This document shows positions 1 to 9,836 of a stretch of 29,790 nt of DNA, piece by piece. The notes beneath the pieces are model-generated. The model searched no databases, was not told the DNA's origin, and saw nothing but the letters and a program-made list of their open reading frames with translations. The DNA lies in the NCBI GenBank assembly GCA_037137755.1, contig JBAXJR010000029.1:1-29790 (forward strand). The letters are read 5' to 3'. Both the position numbers and the translations under genes were made by a program. The DNA is from Methanomicrobiales archaeon. Lineage in GTDB: Archaea > Halobacteriota > Methanomicrobia > Methanomicrobiales > Methanospirillaceae. Every line of letters begins with the position of its first letter. Positions within the stretch are counted from its first letter, which is position 1.

Positions 1-557
1 TTCATAAGGTGATAAATTCTCCCATCCACGCCCATAAATGGCTCCATATTGTCCATGACCCGGGCGAGGACATACCCCTGGGCGGGAAGGGGTGTCTCCC
101 CGGTCCCGGGCATCGGTTCCCCGGTAATTTCATCGCCCTGCATGGGGAATTCTTTCTCCCCCGGCACCACGAAAATGCGGTCATGCCGGGTAATGATACA
201 AATCTCGCGATTTTTCACAATCGCCCCGGTGACGGTATCGAACATCTCGCGTTCTGCAGGGAGCATCTTCTTAATTTCGTCTTTTTCAAGCGGATGCCCC
301 TCAATATGGCCTGATGAGAGGGCGAGTATCTTCTCTGCCCTGATCCGGAAGAGGTCCTGGAGGGTCTCGCGAATGCTTGACGCCCGTTCTATCAGCACGC
401 GGGTGCGATCGCTGAACGGGTCCTCGTTTGCGTGCACATCAGAGGTCAGTTCCTCCAGTTCCGTTTTTGTGGTTTCAAAAATGTCGGCCGGGATACTGGT
501 CAGCCTGCCGGTCTCGCGCTCTGACAGGAGAATTGTCCGGATTTCCTCGAGGTGCAT
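1..557 (-). CDS. GINS15 (Gins51)-type DNA replication complex subunit, 3' end outside window
   Basis: Not in the ORF track because it runs off the window. Read manually from ATG at 557: MHLEEIRTILLSERETGRLTSIP...RIRAEKILALS...ARVMDNMEPFMGVDGRIYHL. It starts 3 nt after the priS stop. priS-gins15 synteny is conserved in archaea. Confidence 0.8.
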   Translation of the reverse strand, partial: MHLEEIRTILLSERETGRLTSIPADIFETTKTELEELTSDVHANEDPFSDRTRVLIERASSIRETLQDLFRIRAEKILALSSGHIEGHPLEKDEIKKMLPAEREMFDTVTGAIVKNREICIITRHDRIFVVPGEKEFPMQGDEITGEPMPGTGETPLPAQGYVLARVMDNMEPFMGVDGRIYHLM

Positions 558-560
558 GGC

Positions 561-1706
561 CTATCCTCTCCCCGAGATCTCTGCCAGGCCCCGGCAGCAG
601 AGGAACACTGCCAGTGCCTCGGGCACGGTGACTGTTGACTTTTCAAGCGCGTAGGTGCTCCCGAGGATTTTCATTGAACTCTTCACCGAGCAGTCAACCA
701 TGATCCCCTTCTCCCCAAAGATGACCGCATCGATGAGCGGATCGAAGTCCGCGAGTTCACCGGGTGAAAGCGGTGTCACCCGGAACCCGCTTCCCCCGTG
801 CAGCGAGGTTGGCAGCCGTATCAGGCGTTTCACATCGGTTGTTACCGGTTCGTCGGCAAGCGCGGCCTTTTCTTTAAGGCGGGTGTTAAATGCACCATCC
901 GGTACTGAGGTCAGCGCCCGTATGACCGGCCAGATCACCCGGTCATTCTGGTTGATTGGGATGCCCTCATTGATCTTCCTGAGCATATCCGGGGCTGCTG
1001 CGAGGAACCGCTCCGCTGACGCCTCCCCTACCCCGTCCAGCCGTTCGATTTCAGCCATCGCCTCCTCCACGGACAGGCCCTGTAACCATGAAAGATACTC
1101 GGACATCGCAGCTATATAACGACGACGCCATCCGCGGGGTGAAGGTGAACGGACCGCGAGGACATGCCCGGGGTCAATCCCGATCCCGCAGACATAATCG
1201 ATCAGTTCACGGCGCTCCGCACTTCCCCACCCATGGACAGCCAGGTCTTTTACATGGATGTGGTACCCCCTGCCACCTGAAAAGACCACCTCGATCAGTT
1301 TCTCTGAAAAACCCAGTTCGTCGGTCAGCATAGCGAGCAGTTTTACGGTCTCCTCCCTGACACGGGCGAGCATTACATCATAGGCTCCCCTGACGATGTG
1401 GTCGGCATCAAGGTCGAAGATTAGGTCAGCACCTGCCCAATGTTTAGCGTCCATAGTCGGTGCGCCAGGAGTCTCGTAATAGGCGCTCGAATAGTAGATA
1501 TGCGCAGGGGTGATCGACCGTACATACTCCCCGATCTCCTGGGTGCTCCCGAATGCGATGTGGCGCCGCATCCGTGTCTCTCCCGAAGCGTCGAACATGA
1601 CGAACCCCCATTCACGCTGGGAGAGGGATGAGGGTGGGATTATCGTCTCCTTCCGGTAGTATTCAGAGAAGCGCTGCCTCAGGAATTCGAGGGTTGCCGA
1701 TTTCAT
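561..1706 (-). CDS. priS: DNA primase catalytic (small) subunit
   Basis: REWGF, YYSSAYY, DLIFDLDAD, FSGGRGYHIH and DEPVTTDVKRLIRLPTSLHG AEP primase motifs. Confidence 0.97.
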   Translation of the reverse strand: MKSATLEFLRQRFSEYYRKETIIPPSSLSQREWGFVMFDASGETRMRRHIAFGSTQEIGEYVRSITPAHIYYSSAYYETPGAPTMDAKHWAGADLIFDLDADHIVRGAYDVMLARVREETVKLLAMLTDELGFSEKLIEVVFSGGRGYHIHVKDLAVHGWGSAERRELIDYVCGIGIDPGHVLAVRSPSPRGWRRRYIAAMSEYLSWLQGLSVEEAMAEIERLDGVGEASAERFLAAAPDMLRKINEGIPINQNDRVIWPVIRALTSVPDGAFNTRLKEKAALADEPVTTDVKRLIRLPTSLHGGSGFRVTPLSPGELADFDPLIDAVIFGEKGIMVDCSVKSSMKILGSTYALEKSTVTVPEALAVFLCCRGLAEISGRG

Positions 1707-3313
1707 CAGAGTTCCTTCTGCATATATGGGCCCGCCCTCTCATAACCATGATTCCGATAATATGGCCTGACCCCGATCCCGCTCATGATCGATATCCTTC
1801 GGTACCCATGCCCGCGTGCGATATCTTCCGCGGTGGAAAGCAGTGAAGACCCGGTACTGCGGTGCTGCTGCTCTCCTGCGGATGGATCGTGACCTATTGG
1901 GACAATGCTCCCGTATACATGGAGCTCACGGAGCAGGGCACTTTCCCTGAGCTCTTCCCTGGACACGGTGCCCGGGAACCGGAGACGCGCAAAGCCTACC
2001 AGCGAGTCCCCTGCAACAGACGATATGAAATGTTCAGTGCCCCCGGCACACTCGTAGGTGTCAGTCAGGAGTTCCGGAGTTTCTCCGGAAGGATACCTGC
2101 CGATCTCACGGCAACGGATACAACGGCACCGGCCGCCATTGGCGATGAGCCTGTCAGATGCCAGCTGCCGGAAATTACTGTGCTTCGAACCGGCCACGAT
2201 CAGTTTTGCAGGGATATCACGCTGGATCCGCTGGAGCCTGACGTAGACCGGCAGGAGCGATTTTCCATAGGCGATAAGGTCGATAAGCTCTTCCTCGCTG
2301 TACGGTGAATACCTGCCCTCTTTCCATAGTGCCTCGATCTCCGATCCCGGTGTCACCAGCGTCGGATATATTTTCAGGAAATCAGGCCTGAACCGTGGGT
2401 CATCGAACAACTTCCTGAACAGTTCCCGGTCCTTTCCGATGGTGCTCCCCGGGAGATTTGGCATGATATGGAATCCGACCTTGAGGCCGGCATCCCGGAG
2501 CAGCTGGTTTGCCACCGCAGTATCGTTTACGGTGCACCCCCGGCGGTTAAATGCGAGGATTTCATCGTCGACGTGCTGGACCCCGATTTCAACTTTCGTC
2601 ACGCCCAAACCGATCATCGACTCAATATGCTCTTTCCTGCACCAGTCAGGGCGGGTCTCAAACGTGATGGCGACACACCGCACCCGGGCGTTTTCGTTGG
2701 CAAGGAATACGGATTCCCTGTTTTCCGCCCCCTGCTGTTCAATCGGCTCCCTCGCAGACGGGGTTCCAGCGCAGGTGGACTGGGGGGTGCCGTAATCATT
2801 CATCGCCTTGATGCACCCGATGACAAACCACTCCTGGTATTCCGCCAAGCGCGCCGTGATGGTGCCACCCATTACGATCAGCTCTGCCTTCCCTACGTGG
2901 TGACCGAGGGTCTCAAACTGCGAAAGTCGTGCGGTCACCTGCTGGTACGGGTCATACTGGTGTTCCCTGCCACGTATTGCCGCAGGTTCCTCCCCGGTAT
3001 AACTCTGGGGAGACTTGAACGGGTGGTCCGGGCCGCCCGGGCAGGGGAGACATTTTCCATGCGGGCAGGGGGAAGGCGATGTCATGACCGCAACCGGTGC
3101 TACACCTGAAAGTGTCCGCGTCGGTTTCACCTGGAGCACCAGCCTGAGCTGCTCCCGTTCCTCCAAAAGTGCGTATGAAAGCAGGAGTGAATTTTTTGGG
3201 ACGGTCCCGAGCTTGTATTTCCTGCAGACCTCAATCCGTGCCTGGCTGATATCCAGGTCGTCACGGGAGAAGAAGAGGGAAATTATTTCCCTGCAGATCT
3301 GATGTTCGTCCAT
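1706..3313 (-). CDS. elp3: Elp3 radical SAM/GNAT tRNA uridine(34) acetyltransferase
   Basis: CPHGKCLPCPGG radical SAM motif, QSYTGEEP, ETRPDW, KIYPTLV, RELHVYG, and a C-terminal GNAT domain. Start placed at ATG 3313 (MDEHQ) to avoid overlap with the upstream gene. Confidence 0.96.
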   Translation of the reverse strand: MDEHQICREIISLFFSRDDLDISQARIEVCRKYKLGTVPKNSLLLSYALLEEREQLRLVLQVKPTRTLSGVAPVAVMTSPSPCPHGKCLPCPGGPDHPFKSPQSYTGEEPAAIRGREHQYDPYQQVTARLSQFETLGHHVGKAELIVMGGTITARLAEYQEWFVIGCIKAMNDYGTPQSTCAGTPSAREPIEQQGAENRESVFLANENARVRCVAITFETRPDWCRKEHIESMIGLGVTKVEIGVQHVDDEILAFNRRGCTVNDTAVANQLLRDAGLKVGFHIMPNLPGSTIGKDRELFRKLFDDPRFRPDFLKIYPTLVTPGSEIEALWKEGRYSPYSEEELIDLIAYGKSLLPVYVRLQRIQRDIPAKLIVAGSKHSNFRQLASDRLIANGGRCRCIRCREIGRYPSGETPELLTDTYECAGGTEHFISSVAGDSLVGFARLRFPGTVSREELRESALLRELHVYGSIVPIGHDPSAGEQQHRSTGSSLLSTAEDIARGHGYRRISIMSGIGVRPYYRNHGYERAGPYMQKEL

Positions 3314-3320
3314 CTCGGGA

Positions 3321-3587
3321 TTAATGTTCAGCCGCGATCCTGCCTTGTGCAGTGTCCAAGGCATAGTCCACCATCACTGGCTGCTGGAGTTTCACGTGGG
3401 ATACGATCTCATCCCCGAGGGCGAGGATCGCATCTTTATGACACTTCTTGTTTTTGTGAATGTGGACAGGAGAGATTTCGAGCGCATTATAGCGTCCCGT
3501 TGGAATTTCATCGTTGGTGATGTTCTCGTAGTATTTTTTAATATGCACCATCAGCATGTGTAAATGCAGCAATTCTTCCTTTTGCAC
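3321..3587 (-). CDS. UPF0058 family protein
   Basis: MQKEELLHLHMLM...YNALEISPVHIHKNKKCHKDAILALG. GTG start follows an AGGTGA RBS. Confidence 0.88.
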   Translation of the reverse strand: MQKEELLHLHMLMVHIKKYYENITNDEIPTGRYNALEISPVHIHKNKKCHKDAILALGDEIVSHVKLQQPVMVDYALDTAQGRIAAEH

Positions 3588-3637
3588 ACTATCACCTTTC
3601 CTCAAAATTTACTATTTCCGGGAACAGATATACCTTA

Positions 3638-4537
3638 TTGGTGACCTTTATATCGGGTGGTGTGAGCGCGGTGGGAGCCCTTGCGGGGCTCGCAATTGGG
3701 GATGCAATGGGTGCGCCCTTTGAGGGGTACCCCCCTCCCTTGGGACCTGTGACTGAAATGCAGGGTAATGAGTCGCGTATGCGAAATGCAGGTCATTATA
3801 CTGATGACACGCTCCAGGCGATCGCAGTTGCAGAATCGCTTATCCAATGCCGGGGCTTCCGCCAGAATGATCTCATGGAACGTCTTATTAACGGTTTTAA
3901 GCGATATCCTGAATTTTATGGGCCGACTTCCCGTGCGGTTTTTGAACTGGTGCAGTCGGGTGTTTCTCCTGACCGTGCCGCAGAGATCGTCCACAGACAA
4001 AGGGGGAGCAGCCGGAGCAACGGGAGTGTAATGAGGGGTGCACCGGTTGGGATTTTTTTTAGCGGGACTACCCTGCGCGAAGTGAGTGTCCGGTGCTCAC
4101 AGCTGACCCACCATGACACGACCGCGGCAGAGTGTTCGGCATGGGTGAACCAGATGGTATCAGACATGTGCCGTGGTTTTTCGCGGACCGGGGCCTTCTC
4201 CCGTGCCCTCCACCGCTGCAATGATGATGAAGTTATCCGTGTACTCGGGGCATACCACCGGTCCGACCCGGAACCCGGTCTTGATGCGCTCCTTGCTACG
4301 CACGCAAGCCTCACGGTCTTCATGGACAGCCGGTCATTTGAAGAGACGATTGTCCGGGCCATCAGCCTCGGTGGTGATACCGATACGGTTGGTGCAGTTG
4401 CCGGAGCCCTTGCCGGTGCCAGGTCCGGTATAGGGAGCATCCCCATCAGGTGGCTCGTGAAACTCCAGGACTGCGGGATGATCACGTCGCTCGGGGCTAG
4501 GCTCTGGATGGTATCACAACAGCTGGAAAAAGGATAA
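3638..4537 (+). CDS. ADP-ribosylglycohydrolase (DraG/ARH family)
   Basis: GLAIGDAMGAP, YTDDT, NGSVMR, THHD and GGDTDTVGAVAGALAGA motifs. Confidence 0.93.
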   Translation: MVTFISGGVSAVGALAGLAIGDAMGAPFEGYPPPLGPVTEMQGNESRMRNAGHYTDDTLQAIAVAESLIQCRGFRQNDLMERLINGFKRYPEFYGPTSRAVFELVQSGVSPDRAAEIVHRQRGSSRSNGSVMRGAPVGIFFSGTTLREVSVRCSQLTHHDTTAAECSAWVNQMVSDMCRGFSRTGAFSRALHRCNDDEVIRVLGAYHRSDPEPGLDALLATHASLTVFMDSRSFEETIVRAISLGGDTDTVGAVAGALAGARSGIGSIPIRWLVKLQDCGMITSLGARLWMVSQQLEKG

Positions 4538-4596
4538 CATTTCAATCATAAGGGAAAGAAAGGGAAATCCTGTTTTCTTTTGAAAAAATGTACTGT

Positions 4597-5043
4597 TCAG
4601 GGGGATATCAGGTTAACGAGCTTGAGTGTCCGCCCTTTCTCACAGGGGTCCGGGGCGTTGCCGATCACGTCCACGACAACATACTTTTCCCCCTCTATGA
4701 TCCCGTCAGGGTGGCACAGGTCGTAACTTTTACAGTCTTCCCTGGTGCAGGTGTATTCGTAGCGTATCCTGCTGTTTTTTATCGCCATTTCTGCACTTAT
4801 CAGGGCTGCGATTGGGGACTCCACGACTTCAACCGCATAGGTACCGTTCCTGTGGATCAGGCAGTCATGCTTTGTCGGCCGGATACTGACAATACGGTAC
4901 CTTTTTCCCTCCTTTAAGTTATTGCAGGCCTTTTTAAGCGAGCAGGGTTTGCACTCCTCGAGCGATCCTTCATAGACAAATTCGAGCCCCGGTTTTGCAA
5001 GCCCGGTTCCAATCAGGGTGACTTTAGGCTTTACCTCTGCCAC
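4597..5043 (-). CDS. UPF0179 family protein
   Basis: VTLIGTGLAKPGLEFVY, CxxCx4CxNL, Cys-rich. GTG start just downstream of the egsA stop. Confidence 0.88.
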   Translation of the reverse strand: MAEVKPKVTLIGTGLAKPGLEFVYEGSLEECKPCSLKKACNNLKEGKRYRIVSIRPTKHDCLIHRNGTYAVEVVESPIAALISAEMAIKNSRIRYEYTCTREDCKSYDLCHPDGIIEGEKYVVVDVIGNAPDPCEKGRTLKLVNLISP

Positions 5044-5048
5044 CCCAT

Positions 5049-6128
5049 TCACTCCCTGTAGAGCATTCTTACGAGTTCCCATGCTGATTCCTCTGTAAGC
5101 CCCATATCAAGTATGGTGAAGCGTTCCGGGCGGATAGTCTTTGCCATAAGGAGCGCGGCCACCGCAACCGAATCTTCAATCTCAAGGTCACCTGGAGTGA
5201 CTGGTGCACCAACACTCCGCAATGCTTCCCTGATTGTCTTCCAGTCCCCACCGTGCAGGTACATTGCAATAATCGTCCCGATACCGCATGCCTCCCCGTG
5301 GAGCGCTTTACCGGGTGCGAGGCGTTCAAGGGCATGCCCGAACTTGTGCTCACTCCCGCTGCCAGGTCTCGATGAACCGGCAATACTCATCGCGACGCCG
5401 GAAGAGACGAGTGCCCTGGTCACGAACCAGGCCGTCTCCTCGTTATGGGGTTTTAAGACATGGGCATTTTTCATCAGCAGTTCTGCGGTCATTTTCGACA
5501 AGGCGACTGCATATTCCGATACCGGTTCTCCCCGTAACCGGTGGGCGAGCTCCCAGTCAAGGATGGCCGTATAATTTGATATGATATCAGCGCACCCGGC
5601 CGCAAGCAGGCGGTGTGGTGCAGCCGCGATAATACCGGTATCGGCGACAATCGCGATAGGGGGCTGCGCTTCAAGTGACCCGCTCCCCTCGGCAGTCGGC
5701 ACACTGGCCCGCGCTGATGCAATGCCATCATGGGAGGCCGCGGTAGGGATGCTGATAAACTGGCGGTCAAGGTTATAGGCGGTGATCTTTGCCGTATCGA
5801 TGACGCGGCCGCCACCCACCCCGATGAGAAAATCCACGTCCTTTGCAGCAATTTCTGCATGCTTGATTATTTCCGGGCTGATTGTCTCGGCGGTAAACGT
5901 GGCGGTCTCATAATTGTCAGCCATGAGTGTCCTGACCCGTTCTCCCGCAATATCGCGGGTATGGCCGCCGGAAACGATGAGGACTGAATGGCCTATCCGG
6001 AGGTCTTCACAGACATCTGGCAGCTGAATGAGCACGTCATGCCCGATCACGACGTCCCTTGGCAGCTGCATCCACTTGGATTTCCCGAAAATTTTATTTT
6101 TCAGTACTTTTATACTTCCGGCGCTCAT
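5049..6128 (-). CDS. egsA: NAD(P)-dependent glycerol-1-phosphate dehydrogenase
   Basis: GVGGGRVID, PTAASHDGIAS, SSRPGSGSEHKFGHAL, HGEACGIG. Confidence 0.97.
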   Translation of the reverse strand: MSAGSIKVLKNKIFGKSKWMQLPRDVVIGHDVLIQLPDVCEDLRIGHSVLIVSGGHTRDIAGERVRTLMADNYETATFTAETISPEIIKHAEIAAKDVDFLIGVGGGRVIDTAKITAYNLDRQFISIPTAASHDGIASARASVPTAEGSGSLEAQPPIAIVADTGIIAAAPHRLLAAGCADIISNYTAILDWELAHRLRGEPVSEYAVALSKMTAELLMKNAHVLKPHNEETAWFVTRALVSSGVAMSIAGSSRPGSGSEHKFGHALERLAPGKALHGEACGIGTIIAMYLHGGDWKTIREALRSVGAPVTPGDLEIEDSVAVAALLMAKTIRPERFTILDMGLTEESAWELVRMLYRE

Positions 6129-6139
6129 TCTTATCAGAA

Positions 6140-6985
6140 ATGATTAGGGAATTCATCTACAAATACTACATCGATCCGGTCAGGTTTGATCAGCCCTATA
6201 ACCCGGTTGAAACCCTGACCTATGCAATATTTCTCATCATCGGGGTGTACGCGGTATATCGCTGGCTGCGTTACGCTAAGGTCCCGGTAGACGGACGGTT
6301 TATCCTCGCTACACTTCCCTACGTGGTATTTGGTGGGGTCATCAGGGTCGTGCAGGACGCACACCTGATCAATTCGGACTGGCAGTTTTTACTGACGACA
6401 CCGCTCATATTTTTTGTTATCTTCTTTGTCACTGCCGGGGTGCTCGTCATTACCACCACACTCGCACGAAAGGGTGTTATTAAGGATTATATTCCATGGT
6501 ATGCCGGAACGGGTGCCGTTGCAGCAGTCGTGGCATTTTCGATTCTCGTGGTGTTCGGGCTCTCACGCGGGGTAATCCACCCGGAGGTTGCGGTTATCAT
6601 CCTCGCGCTTGCAGCCATAACAAGCCTGGTTGTGTATGGGTTGCTTCGGTACCTTTTCAGGTGGGAGTATGTATCTGACCCGCTTTACAAAGTGCTCATT
6701 TTCGGGCAGCTCCTTGACGCGAGTGCCACCAGTTATGGTATTGACCTCCACCCCCTGGCCTACATCGAACAACATGTGGTGGGGTCAAGCCTGATAGAGT
6801 GGACGGGAACCGCTTTTGTGATGTTCCCGCTCAAACTCGTAGTAATTATCCCCGGTATCTGGATCCTCGAGCGGTACCGTCACGAGGGGAGCAGCGACCT
6901 CTGGCACCTTATTGTCCTCGCCATGATCGTGGTCGGACTTGCCCCCGGGATCCGGGATATGGTCCGGATGATGTTCTATGTCTGA
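6140..6985 (+). CDS. DUF63 family membrane protein
   Basis: YNPVETLTYA, RVVQD, TPLIFF, QLLDASATSYGID, EQHVV, GLAPGIRD; multiple TM helices. ATG at 6140. Confidence 0.88.
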   Translation: MIREFIYKYYIDPVRFDQPYNPVETLTYAIFLIIGVYAVYRWLRYAKVPVDGRFILATLPYVVFGGVIRVVQDAHLINSDWQFLLTTPLIFFVIFFVTAGVLVITTTLARKGVIKDYIPWYAGTGAVAAVVAFSILVVFGLSRGVIHPEVAVIILALAAITSLVVYGLLRYLFRWEYVSDPLYKVLIFGQLLDASATSYGIDLHPLAYIEQHVVGSSLIEWTGTAFVMFPLKLVVIIPGIWILERYRHEGSSDLWHLIVLAMIVVGLAPGIRDMVRMMFYV

Positions 6986-7544
6986 ATTGAAACTCAGCCA
7001 GGGCCTCCTGTATACTCTGGTCATTTTCGTATGTTCACTTACCATCGGTGTTGTGATTACGGCCAGGGATCCTTCGATAGGACAGAATTTCCTCTCGCTG
7101 TTTAAAGACGCTGTAGTGGGGGAAATCCTGGGTGACCCTGCCCCCCTCCTTTTTGTGAAGTTATTCCTGAATAACCTCCAGGCATGCCTCCTGCTCTTTC
7201 TCGGGGGAGCGACCTTCGGGGTGGTCTCCCTGTTCATTCTCTCCACGAATGGCCTGATCATCGGTTCGATCATGGAGTTGGTACGGGAAGAACGGGGCAT
7301 GTTCTTCGTCCTCGCCGCGATCTTACCGCACGGTATTTTTGAGATCCCGTCGTTTATCCTGTCCGGTGCACTCGGTTTCCTCCTCGCGAAATCGCTCTAT
7401 GACGAATGGAACGGGACCCGCGATGCGGCGGTGGAGGCAGCGCACCATGGGATTACATTTGTCATGTATGTTGTCCCCCTTGTCCTCCTCGCGGCGTTGG
7501 TCGAGGCATTTATTACGCCTGAAATCATACGTCTGGTGACATAA
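6978..7544 (+). CDS. Stage II sporulation protein M (SpoIIM)-like membrane protein
   Basis: [34 protein letters not shown]. Confidence 0.9.
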   Translation: MSELKLSQGLLYTLVIFVCSLTIGVVITARDPSIGQNFLSLFKDAVVGEILGDPAPLLFVKLFLNNLQACLLLFLGGATFGVVSLFILSTNGLIIGSIMELVREERGMFFVLAAILPHGIFEIPSFILSGALGFLLAKSLYDEWNGTRDAAVEAAHHGITFVMYVVPLVLLAALVEAFITPEIIRLVT

Positions 7545-7554
7545 GGAGTGGGAT

Positions 7555-8988
7555 ATGGAAGAAGAACGCGGCGCATTGCCGCCAAAACAGGACTTTTCTG
7601 CATGGTACAATGATCTTCTGTGGCAGTCGGAGATCATGGATGTCCGCTACCCGGTCAAGGGACTCTATGTCTGGTTCCCCCACGGGTTTGCGATCAGGAA
7701 ACATGTGTACGCCTGGCTCCGCGAGCTGATGGACCGGGAACACCAGGAGACCCTGTTTCCACTTCTGATCCCGGAACAGGAGTTCATGAAGGAGGCAGAG
7801 CACATCAAGGGGTTCGAGGACGAGGTCTACTGGGTAACCCACGGGGGTAAAGATCTTCTCGACGTACCACTAGCGCTCCGCCCCACCAGTGAAACTGCCA
7901 TCTACCCCATGTATGCCCTCTGGGTCCGTTCTCACGCGGACCTGCCGATCCTGCTGTACCAGGTCGTGAATACCTTCCGGTACGAGACAAAACATACACG
8001 CCCGCTGATCCGGCTCCGGGAGATCACCTCGTTTAAGGAGGCCCACACGGTCCACGCCACCTGGGAACAGGCGGAGATGCAGGTTGAAAAGGCCATTGCC
8101 CTCTACCAGGAATTCTATGCAAAACTCTGTATCCCGGTCGTTGTCTCGAAGAGGCCGGAATGGGACAAGTTCCCGGGTGCTGACTACACGATGGCGGTAG
8201 ACACGATTATGCCGGACGGGAAGACGCTCCAGATCGGTACGGTGCATCACCTGGGTGACCATTTCTCACAGACGTTCTCGATTACTTTTGAGGACGCTGA
8301 AGGGGTGCAGCGCCATGCGTACCAGACCTGTTACGGGATCTCTGAACGGTCGATTGCAGCCCTGATAAGCCTCCATGGTGATGATAAGGGCCTTGTACTG
8401 CCGCCTGGGATGGCCCCGGTGCAGATTGTCATTGTCCCGATTACCATCGGAAAACGGAAAGAGGATGTGGCAGCGGCAGCAGCTTCGGTAGAATCCACAC
8501 TTAAATCCGAAGGCTTCCGTGTGAAAACAGATAACCGTGACTTGAGACCCGGAGCCAAGTATTACTACTGGGAGATGCGTGGAGTCCCCGTCAGGCTTGA
8601 AGTGGGGCCGAGAGACATTGATGCGGGCCAGGTGACCGTGGTAACAAGGACTGGGGAAAGGTTGACTATCCTGGTTTCTGACCTTGTGAAAGGGATTCGC
8701 AACGTGCTTGCCGGGGAACATGAGCGGCTCCGTGAGCGTGCAGAATCCCAGATGCGATCGCGTCTGGTTAGTGCGGCATCGGTCGATGAGGCAGTAAATG
8801 CCCTCGCCCAGGGTGTGGCGGTCGTCAACTGGTGCGGGGAACGTGGGTGTGCGGATGCGATGGAGGAACGCCTCGGGGCAAGTGTACTCGGTACCGGGGC
8901 CCGGTCTCCTTACCTGGATGAAATGGAAGGGAAATGCGTTATCTGCGGGAATCCTGGTAAAACAACGCTCCTTGGCAGGGCGTATTAA
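7555..8988 (+). CDS. proS: Proline--tRNA ligase (archaeal/eukaryotic type)
   Basis: [33 protein letters not shown], anticodon-binding domain, C-terminal ...GRAY. Confidence 0.98.
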   Translation: MEEERGALPPKQDFSAWYNDLLWQSEIMDVRYPVKGLYVWFPHGFAIRKHVYAWLRELMDREHQETLFPLLIPEQEFMKEAEHIKGFEDEVYWVTHGGKDLLDVPLALRPTSETAIYPMYALWVRSHADLPILLYQVVNTFRYETKHTRPLIRLREITSFKEAHTVHATWEQAEMQVEKAIALYQEFYAKLCIPVVVSKRPEWDKFPGADYTMAVDTIMPDGKTLQIGTVHHLGDHFSQTFSITFEDAEGVQRHAYQTCYGISERSIAALISLHGDDKGLVLPPGMAPVQIVIVPITIGKRKEDVAAAAASVESTLKSEGFRVKTDNRDLRPGAKYYYWEMRGVPVRLEVGPRDIDAGQVTVVTRTGERLTILVSDLVKGIRNVLAGEHERLRERAESQMRSRLVSAASVDEAVNALAQGVAVVNWCGERGCADAMEERLGASVLGTGARSPYLDEMEGKCVICGNPGKTTLLGRAY

Positions 8989-9004
8989 TTTTTTTAAATT
9001 TTCT
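8986..9004 (+). terminator. T-rich archaeal terminator after proS
   Basis: TAATTTTTTTAAATTTTCT immediately after the stop codon. Confidence 0.5.
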
Positions 9005-9127
9005 GGCTCTTCTCCCATTTTTAGGATTTTATGTCATATAACTAAGGATCGCATTATCTGACACTCCTACCCCTCTATTGCCAGTTCCATATTCTTTCCA
9101 TTGATGCGATTTTTTAGGTAATTTGTA

Positions 9128-9154
9128 GCGCAAAAGGCGGCAGATCTTTTGCGC
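9128..9154. repeat. Perfect 9-bp inverted repeat (hairpin)
   Basis: GCGCAAAAG-N9-CTTTTGCGC, directly next to extragenic repeat copy A. Confidence 0.7.
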
Positions 9155-9163
9155 ATTAAGTTC

Positions 9164-9211
9164 ATCGCGATAGGGGGTGCCCAAGCGGCGAGGACGAATT
9201 CCCCGAGAGCG
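9164..9211 (+). repeat. GC-rich extragenic repeat, copy A (diverged)
   Basis: ATCGCGATAGGGGGTGCCCAAGCGGCGAGGACGAATTCCCCGAGAGCG aligns by eye to copy B ATCCCAATCGGGGTCGCCACAGCGGCG-GGCCATGAGCCCCGGGAGCG. Confidence 0.6.
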
Positions 9212-9703
9212 ATAATCCAAAGATAGCCTGAATACAATATATACAAGACACAAGTGCAGTTAAACGCCACCACATCGGTGGAATATTTTGAGTTTGAAGT
9301 ACTGAGACCGGGAACCATCTGTTCGTTCGATATGACCGGTTGGTTGCCATATCCTGGTTCCATTCTATTTTGGTTCAGGCGTTGTTCAGTCTGATTTCGC
9401 CTGTTGTGGGTGACGATCCCTATGATAATTCAGCTTTCGCTTCTCCATGACATCCTTTCCCTTGTAAATAAACCGAATCAGACTTATGAGTGTCTCCAAA
9501 TTGTACCACCGGCTTCAGACGAGCCTGTTACCAGAGACGCATGCGGCGGTGGGGATATCTCGGACGAATGAGATAGCGTTTCACAATCACCGGTTTCAGC
9601 TTACATGTCGCACCCTCCCTGCACCACCCCCACTGGGATAGTCCTTGGCAGGGTTCAATTGGGATATTCAGGAAAATTTCAGAGTTTAAAAAGATTATTT
9701 CCT

Positions 9704-9761
9704 ATCCCAATCGGGGTCGCCACAGCGGCGGGCCATGAGCCCCGGGAGCGTGGGTAAATAT
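9704..9761 (+). repeat. GC-rich extragenic repeat, copy B
   Basis: 9732-9752 is the exact reverse complement of 12859-12879 (21 bp), with flanking similarity. Confidence 0.8.
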
Positions 9762-9836
9762 GGGGACAATCCTGAATCATAAAGATATTCTCATAGAGTT
9801 TCTACAGGTTGGGAAAATCCGGTTTATATTAGCCTC

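Noticed and set aside
49-654. Long antisense/alternate-frame ORFs (e.g. 49-654, 8266-9018, 22955-23671, 23148-23867)
   Set aside because: These are shadow ORFs opposite well-supported genes in GC-rich coding DNA.
2720-2795. Extra polar segment in Elp3 as a possible intein
   Set aside because: Only about 25 aa and lacking intein terminal motifs; likely a variable loop.
9067-9363. 98-aa minus-strand ORF
   Set aside because: It runs through repeat copy A and the hairpin and has no motif or clear RBS; likely spurious.
8989-9836. RNase P RNA, SRP RNA or tRNA in the long intergenic gap
   Set aside because: No P4 signatures (GAGGAAAxTCC / AACAGAA), no SRP helix-8 GGAA motif and no GTTCRAATC T-loop were seen on either strand.
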